The position numbers were made by a program, and so were the translations under genes. A stretch of 30,661 nucleotides of DNA from positions 1 through 30,661 of the forward strand of contig JAHFIE010000001.1 of NCBI GenBank assembly GCA_023246565.1, given 5' to 3'. Below are positions 25,935-30,661 of this stretch, piece after piece. Source of the DNA: Candidatus Magasanikiibacteriota bacterium. Its GTDB lineage: Bacteria; Patescibacteriota; Patescibacteriia; Magasanikbacterales; UBA922. Below the pieces are notes generated by a model, which did no database searches, was not told where the DNA came from, and was given only the letters and a program-made list of their open reading frames with translations. How positions within the stretch are numbered: position 1 is the first letter of the stretch; each line of letters opens with the position of its first letter.

Positions 25935-26351
25935 TTATCTTTTCTTTAAACCCTGCATTTCCCGTTCAATCTTTCTTAAGTGAAAAATTCTTTTTTTATA
26001 GTCCGGGATAGTCCGCCGAACCAATTGCCAGAATCGATGACTATGATTCATTTCCACCAAATGACAGAGTTCATGCACCACAATATAATCGAGGAGTTCG
26101 ATGGGTAAAAATAATAATTTATAATGAAAATTAAGATTTTTTCGTGCTGAACAACTCCCCCATCGTGATTTTAAATCCTTAATACTTATTCGGGCAAAAG
26201 TAAAATTATAGTCCTTGTTATAGATCTTCAATCGCTCTTGAATGATTTTTTTCGCCCGAGCTTTTGACCCATGATAATGCGTTTGAGTGATAACGCCTAA
26301 TTGGTCCATGTTTACATTCATATACACCATTGTAACCAATTCACCATACAT
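25935..26351 (-). CDS. YgjP-like/DUF45 zinc metallohydrolase (start uncertain)
   Basis: SRWGSCS, YIVVHELCHLVEMNHSHRFWQLV motifs. Confidence 0.85.
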   Translation of the reverse strand: MYGELVTMVYMNVNMDQLGVITQTHYHGSKARAKKIIQERLKIYNKDYNFTFARISIKDLKSRWGSCSARKNLNFHYKLLFLPIELLDYIVVHELCHLVEMNHSHRFWQLVRRTIPDYKKRIFHLRKIEREMQGLKKR

Positions 26352-26378
26352 TGTCAGGTATTCCTCCACCGAGTTTAA

Positions 26379-26407
26379 TTGACAGATCATGAATATAATC
26401 TTAAACT
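26379..26407 (+). promoter_or_regulatory. Probable sigma70 promoter for ORF 26436-26648
   Basis: TTGACA-gatcatgaatataatct(17)-TAAACT. Confidence 0.6.
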
Positions 26408-26435
26408 ATTTTTTACGCAGCCGAGGGGGTTGCGG

Positions 26436-26648
26436 ATGAGGAGGATCATTTTGAGTCGCCTTGAACAGAGAGTTCTTTCTTTGGCCCAGGCCTACGCCAC
26501 GACCGGGTCCGGTCGGCGGAACGCCCGTGGCGAGTTCGTCGAGTCGCATCACGAGGAGAAGCCCAGTCATGAGTTCGCCTTCACGGCGGCCATGTACATC
26601 GTGCTTCTCACGATCGCCATCGGATTCATCGTCCGAACCGGTACGTAG
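26436..26648 (+). CDS. GC-rich 70-aa protein with C-terminal TM helix
   Basis: GAGGGGG RBS-like run, ATG 26436; hydrophobic FAFTAAMYIVLLTIAIGFIV. Confidence 0.6.
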   Translation: MRRIILSRLEQRVLSLAQAYATTGSGRRNARGEFVESHHEEKPSHEFAFTAAMYIVLLTIAIGFIVRTGT

Positions 26649-26683
26649 ACCACCTCAACTACCCCCCAGAAGACCCCCCATCA

Positions 26684-26718
26684 CCGACGACGAAGCATCA
26701 GGGGAGCTTCGTCGTCGG
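26684..26718. repeat. 13-bp perfect GC-rich hairpin after ORF 26436-26648
   Basis: ccgacgacgaagc-atcagggga-gcttcgtcgtcgg; no U-tract. Confidence 0.8.
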
Positions 26719-26741
26719 CCCGCCTTCCCCTAATCCAATAT

Positions 26742-27869
26742 ATGCCCAATTATCTCTTTCAACTTGGCCATCAACCTCATATTTCACGAGCAGAAATTAT
26801 TTCCGTATTAGATTCAAAACAAATTGATTATCAATTAAAAAGTGCTGATACCAATTTCTTATTACTTTCTACCAGTATTCCCCTATTTGCGACCGAATTA
26901 AATTACCAACTCGGTGGTACGGTCAAAATTATGGAGGAGCTGTCCACCACCCAAAATATTGAAGCTGATTTAGGTAACTATCTAAATCGAATTGTTCCAA
27001 CAGGTAAAATTAATTTTTCCCTTTCCGGTCCTAATGCGACAAAGCACGCAATTGCCATTAAAAAAAATCTTAAACAGACCGGCCGTTTAGTTCGATATGT
27101 TGAACCAAAAAATACAGCCACGATTCTTCATAACAATTTAATTGAAACAGAAACTGATCTTAATATTGTTTATAATCGTGTATACATTACACGATCAATC
27201 CAACCACTTGAAGAATTTACTGAACGTGATTATAGTCGCCCAAAAATCGATGGCAAAAGTGGTATGCTGCCACCAAAACTGGCTCGGATTCTTCTTAATC
27301 TGGCATCATTATCAAAAAATAGCACTGTATTGGATCCATTCTGCGGTTCAGGAACCATTCTTCTTGAAGCCATGGATCTCGGTTTTTCTCATCTCATAGG
27401 AAGTGATATTTCATCAAAAGCAATTGATGATTCAAACAAAAATATAGACTGGTTTATACAAAAAAATAAAAACTCAGCAAAACCACAATTAATTCTTTCT
27501 GACGTACACACCCTTGGGCAAAAACTTCAGCCAAAAAGTATTGACGCCATTATTTCTGAACCGTACCTTGGAAATCCATTGCACGGCCATGAAACAAAAG
27601 AACAATTAAAGAAATCAATCCACGAACTGAAGACCCTTTACGAAGATTCATTCCAAATATTTTCTCGTATTCTTAGAAGGAATGGTGTAATCATATTTAT
27701 TATTCCTGAATTTTATCTAAATAATGATGTTATTGCGATTGATTGTTTGTCACGCATTCGTGCGTTGGGATTAAAAAGTGTAGCACTTGATCCAGAAAGC
27801 GATAGTCTTCTCTATCGTCGACCTGGACAATTTGTTGGACGTCGAATTTGGAAATTTGTTATTGCATAA
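26742..27869 (+). CDS. Trm11/TrmG10-like (UPF0020) SAM-dependent RNA methyltransferase
   Basis: GMLPPKLARILLNL, VLDPFCGSGTILLEA, IGSDI, IISEPYLG motifs. Confidence 0.85.
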   Translation: MPNYLFQLGHQPHISRAEIISVLDSKQIDYQLKSADTNFLLLSTSIPLFATELNYQLGGTVKIMEELSTTQNIEADLGNYLNRIVPTGKINFSLSGPNATKHAIAIKKNLKQTGRLVRYVEPKNTATILHNNLIETETDLNIVYNRVYITRSIQPLEEFTERDYSRPKIDGKSGMLPPKLARILLNLASLSKNSTVLDPFCGSGTILLEAMDLGFSHLIGSDISSKAIDDSNKNIDWFIQKNKNSAKPQLILSDVHTLGQKLQPKSIDAIISEPYLGNPLHGHETKEQLKKSIHELKTLYEDSFQIFSRILRRNGVIIFIIPEFYLNNDVIAIDCLSRIRALGLKSVALDPESDSLLYRRPGQFVGRRIWKFVIA

Positions 27870-27891
27870 AATAATTTTTTAAAGACTATAA

Positions 27892-27912
27892 AACCCCGTT
27901 TTACACGGGGTT
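27892..27912. terminator. Probable bidirectional terminator
   Basis: aaccccgt-tttac-acggggtt between convergent genes. Confidence 0.75.
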
Positions 27913-27918
27913 CTTTAA

Positions 27919-28029
27919 TTATGTTAAAGTAATGACTGCTACGAAGAGAAGTACACCAGTGAGTAAGTAATAAAAGGCATAAGAATACGGGGACTCGAGC
28001 GCAGTGCGCCCTCCGATTTGGTGCTTCAT
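27919..28029 (-). CDS. 36-aa single-pass membrane peptide absent from the ORF track: MKHQIGGRTALESPYSYAFYYLLTGVLLFVAVITLT
   Basis: Translated by hand; ATG 28029 to TAA 27919; consensus promoter upstream and terminator downstream. Confidence 0.6.
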   Translation of the reverse strand: MKHQIGGRTALESPYSYAFYYLLTGVLLFVAVITLT

Positions 28030-28094
28030 ACTATTGATATTTATTTTTGTTCCAAAAAGTTTATTTTTACTTTCCAGAACTTATTTATAAATAC

Positions 28095-28123
28095 AGTATA
28101 TCACAAAAAATCGGTTTTGTCAA
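28095..28123 (-). promoter_or_regulatory. Consensus sigma70 promoter for the small ORF
   Basis: TTGACA-aaaccgattttttgtga(17)-TATACT. Confidence 0.8.
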
Positions 28124-28162
28124 TGTTTTTTGATTACAATAGTGTATTCAAAATTTAAATTA

Positions 28163-28684
28163 TTACTTTTTATCACCAAAAAATAGATCATAGATAAAAC
28201 GAACCATTGGATCAACATCTGGACCATATGCTAGCGCGCCACCAAGCGCTCCGGTAATTGAAAGAAAGACAAATCCCAGGCCAGATAAGCAAAAAAGTAT
28301 AGATCGCTTCATAATAAACTCTCGAAGTTTATCAAACAATAACCAAATTTGTTTAAAATATGTTTTCTCAAGATATTTATTAATTTCCCATCGAAACCAG
28401 GTGAGTAAATAAGAAGCTGCTAATACCAAGTAAACCAGTGTAGTAGCTACAGCAAACCATGCATGTGTTTCCAGAAGGCGTGAAGCAAATTGATCTTCAA
28501 TAAGCTTTCCACTACCCAGGGCAGCAAATGTTCCGAGTGATCCAAAAATAACTAAAATAGCTTTTACATAAAACCAATAGGGGAGAGACTGCAATCGTTT
28601 TATGGAAATGATCTCTAAGAAGGAATATAAACTTAACAAACCAACAGGTGTGTGTACAATAAGAGGATGAATATTAAGCGGCAT
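28163..28684 (-). CDS. DUF2231-like 4-TM membrane protein
   Basis: NIHPLIVHTPVGL, ETHAWFA, ITGALGGALAYG motifs. Confidence 0.75.
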   Translation of the reverse strand: MPLNIHPLIVHTPVGLLSLYSFLEIISIKRLQSLPYWFYVKAILVIFGSLGTFAALGSGKLIEDQFASRLLETHAWFAVATTLVYLVLAASYLLTWFRWEINKYLEKTYFKQIWLLFDKLREFIMKRSILFCLSGLGFVFLSITGALGGALAYGPDVDPMVRFIYDLFFGDKK

Positions 28685-28756
28685 ACAATAAGATTACTGG
28701 CTAAGACAAACAAATTGACTGAAAATAAAGTGTCTATTTAAAAAATGACTGTTTCT

Positions 28757-29836
28757 CTAGGCTATATGAAAATATACAACATCGCCATCAGAAACAATGT
28801 ATTCTTTGCCTTCCAAACGCATTTTGCCACTCTCTTTTACACCAACCCAGCCATTACAAGCCACAAAATCTTCCCAGTTTGTGACATCAGCTTTGACATA
28901 TCCCTTAATAAAATCAGTATGAATAACTCCGGCTGCTTCCGGACCTTTGGTTCCACGTTTTACAGTCCATGCCCTGGTTTCAGGTTCTCCCGATGTTAAA
29001 AAAGTAACTAAATCCAATAATTTATAACCAGCTCGAATAATTTTGTCTAGACCACTCTCTACAATTCCTAAATCTTTCATATACTCCATCGCTTCACTTG
29101 GTGATAAATCAGCTAATTCAGCTTCTAAACGGGCACAGACATACACGTTGGGGATTCCAGGCTCAACTATAGTACCCTGTTCCTTATTATCTTTTATTTG
29201 CTCATCAACATTAACCACATACATCATCGGCTTCATGGTCAGAAGGTGGAGATCCCGGATTAGCAGCCTTTCATCCTCGTTATAATCCAAAGAACGGGCA
29301 GGCAAACCAGCCTCAAGGTGTTTATATACTTTTTCACACAAAGTTAATTGTGGTTCAAATTCCTTGACCATTACCCCTTTTGCTGATTTGCGGAGAGTTT
29401 CCAGACGTTTGGTAACGGTTTCTAAATCTGCAAGAACAAGTTCAAGATTAATAATATCTGCGTCTTCCTTAGGGTTAACACGATTATGAACATGAATGAT
29501 ATTATTATCCGCAAAAGAACGTACAATATGAGCAATCGCATCAACTTCACGAATATGTGATAAAAATTTGTTGCCCAAGCCCTCACCTTGCGAAGCGCCC
29601 TTTACTAAACCCGCAATGTCTACAAATTCAATTGCTGTTGGTATAATTTTGAGTGATTTTGATACTGCTGCTAATTTTTCTAGACGATTATCCGGTACTT
29701 GAACAATACCAACATTGGGTTCAATAGTACAAAAAGGATAATTTTGCGCTTCAGCCTGCTTACTTCGTGTTAGCGCATTGAAAAGAGTCGATTTTCCGAC
29801 ATTGGGAAGACCGACAATACCAATTTTAAGTGACAT
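28757..29836 (-). CDS. ychF: Obg-family ribosome-binding ATPase YchF
   Basis: [59 protein letters not shown]. Confidence 0.97.
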   Translation of the reverse strand: MSLKIGIVGLPNVGKSTLFNALTRSKQAEAQNYPFCTIEPNVGIVQVPDNRLEKLAAVSKSLKIIPTAIEFVDIAGLVKGASQGEGLGNKFLSHIREVDAIAHIVRSFADNNIIHVHNRVNPKEDADIINLELVLADLETVTKRLETLRKSAKGVMVKEFEPQLTLCEKVYKHLEAGLPARSLDYNEDERLLIRDLHLLTMKPMMYVVNVDEQIKDNKEQGTIVEPGIPNVYVCARLEAELADLSPSEAMEYMKDLGIVESGLDKIIRAGYKLLDLVTFLTSGEPETRAWTVKRGTKGPEAAGVIHTDFIKGYVKADVTNWEDFVACNGWVGVKESGKMRLEGKEYIVSDGDVVYFHIA

Positions 29837-29838
29837 AA

Positions 29839-29912
29839 TGGTGGACCCACCGAGAGTCGAACTCGGGACTCATCCATGCCATGGATGCGTGTTACCACTA
29901 TACTATGGGCCC
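29839..29912 (-). tRNA. tRNA-Ala(GGC)
   Basis: gggccca/tgggtcc acceptor with G3:U70, A73, encoded CCA; anticodon loop atggcat (A32-U38). Confidence 0.92.
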
Positions 29913-29998
29913 GTAAGCAGAACCAGTATAACAGGGGATTTAAGTCAGGTCAATAACATATTAATCAATAACTACGAACAATAATCCACAGATATTTT

Positions 29999-30027
29999 TT
30001 GACAAAAAAAATATTAAGAAGTACTAT
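29999..30027 (+). promoter_or_regulatory. Sigma70 promoter of the riboswitch leader
   Basis: TTGACA-17-TACTAT. Confidence 0.7.
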
Positions 30028-30052
30028 TATTTTAGTTCATTTAAAAATTCAA

Positions 30053-30180
30053 TTATCAAGAAGAGACGAGGGATTTGGCCCGCTGACTCTCTACCAACCT
30101 ACTTGCCGAAAATTTTCTGAAATATTCAGAATGAATAAAGGTGTAAGGTGGTAACTCCAACCCAGACCAGGGAAAGATGC
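30053..30180 (+). ncRNA. SAM-I (S-box) riboswitch aptamer
   Basis: TTATCAAGAAGAG..GAGGGATTTGGCCC..TGA..CAACC..[long P3]..GGTG..AACTCC..GAAAGATG follows the SAM-I consensus order. Confidence 0.85.
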
Positions 30181-30216
30181 GTCCTAAGGCTTAATAGCCA
30201 AAGGAAATTATGTATT

Positions 30217-30246
30217 TCTTATCCTTGTTATGGGTAAGATTTTTTT
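30217..30246 (+). terminator. Riboswitch expression-platform terminator
   Basis: tcttatcc-ttgttat-gggtaaga (8 bp, one G-U) followed by T7. Confidence 0.75.
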
Positions 30247-30328
30247 GTTTTAGTTGTCTAGAGCAAAGAAATCTTACCCGTGCAGCACGGGTTGGCGTAA
30301 CCTTCATCCACGAAAGGAAAATCATATC

Positions 30329-30559
30329 ATGAAAAAGGGTATTTGTATTACGACTAGCCTCGGGAAGAGGCGTCAGTTCGATCTGGCCTGCGACGATGCA
30401 AGTGCTCCGGTCGTTCAGCCACACCGAGACGTCTACTTCTCCCTGTCTCCGTCTTGGCGCATCCTCTTCAATTCCCTCTCACAAAGGGAACGCGAGACCT
30501 TTGTGTACCTCCACCCAGCACGACGTCAGGCATTCATCTCCAGCCGCTTCTCTTCTTGA
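30329..30559 (+). CDS. GC-richer 76-aa protein of unknown function downstream of the SAM-I riboswitch
   Basis: AAAGGA RBS, ATG 30329, MKKGICITTSLG...SSRFSS. Confidence 0.6.
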   Translation: MKKGICITTSLGKRRQFDLACDDASAPVVQPHRDVYFSLSPSWRILFNSLSQRERETFVYLHPARRQAFISSRFSS

Positions 30560-30560
30560 C

Positions 30561-30613
30561 GACCAAGGGGCGATCGAGTCAGGCTCAACAAGCCATGATT
30601 CTCGCTCCTGGTC
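30561..30613. repeat. Long bulged GC-rich hairpin directly after the stop codon
   Basis: gacca/tggtc, ggggcga/tcgctcc, gagtc/gattc and ggct/agcc nested pairings. Confidence 0.7.
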
Positions 30614-30661
30614 AACCCCCTTTATATAATTGTACGACACTTGATTTTGTTTAAAATATAT

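Noticed and set aside
29839-29912. Reading this tRNA as Gly from plus-strand 'gcc'
   Set aside because: The gene is on the minus strand; anticodon GGC, G3:U70 and A73 identify Ala
182-30661. Recoded genetic code (UGA=Gly, as in Gracilibacteria/Absconditabacteria)
   Set aside because: Conserved genes are full-length under code 11, and TGA ends genes at expected positions (e.g. 7862 and the ATGA overlaps)

Overview
AT-rich (roughly one-third GC by eye) chromosomal segment read with standard code 11. Its gene content suggests a Patescibacteria/CPR bacterium of Parcubacteria type; this is an inference from the TrbC/VirB2-like pilin array, minimal metabolism and strong TTGACA-17-TATACT promoters. 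Housekeeping backbone: GT39-like glycosyltransferase, PfkB kinase, SpoU/TrmH methylase, Xer recombinase, SPFH protein, GT28/UgtP-like glycosyltransferase, galU, rpsF-ssb-rpsR, PD-(D/E)XK nuclease, Trm11-like methylase, ychF, and tRNA-Arg(UCU), tRNA-His(GUG) and tRNA-Ala(GGC). Accessory features: (1) A ~10.4 kb co-oriented array of 13 T4SS/TrbC-VirB2-like pilin genes. They carry interchangeable Cys-rich modules N- or C-terminal to the pilin core, two share a 242 bp identical tract that looks gene-converted, dRS3/NIME-like 96 bp elements sit at junctions, and an orphan solute-binding lipoprotein is embedded. Together this is a candidate modular pilin/adhesin diversification system. (2) Five GC-rich (~55-60%) single-gene islands sit between AT-rich host genes. 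Four have a recognisable AT-rich sigma70-type promoter and four end in a long hairpin. They include a frameshifted GlpT-like MFS transporter. (3) A SAM-I riboswitch with terminator/antiterminator lies ahead of a 76-aa orphan ORF. (4) A RHH/RelE-like toxin-antitoxin pair has a visible operator. (5) A 36-aa membrane peptide gene missing from the ORF track has a consensus promoter. No CRISPR array, rRNA or transposase was seen.
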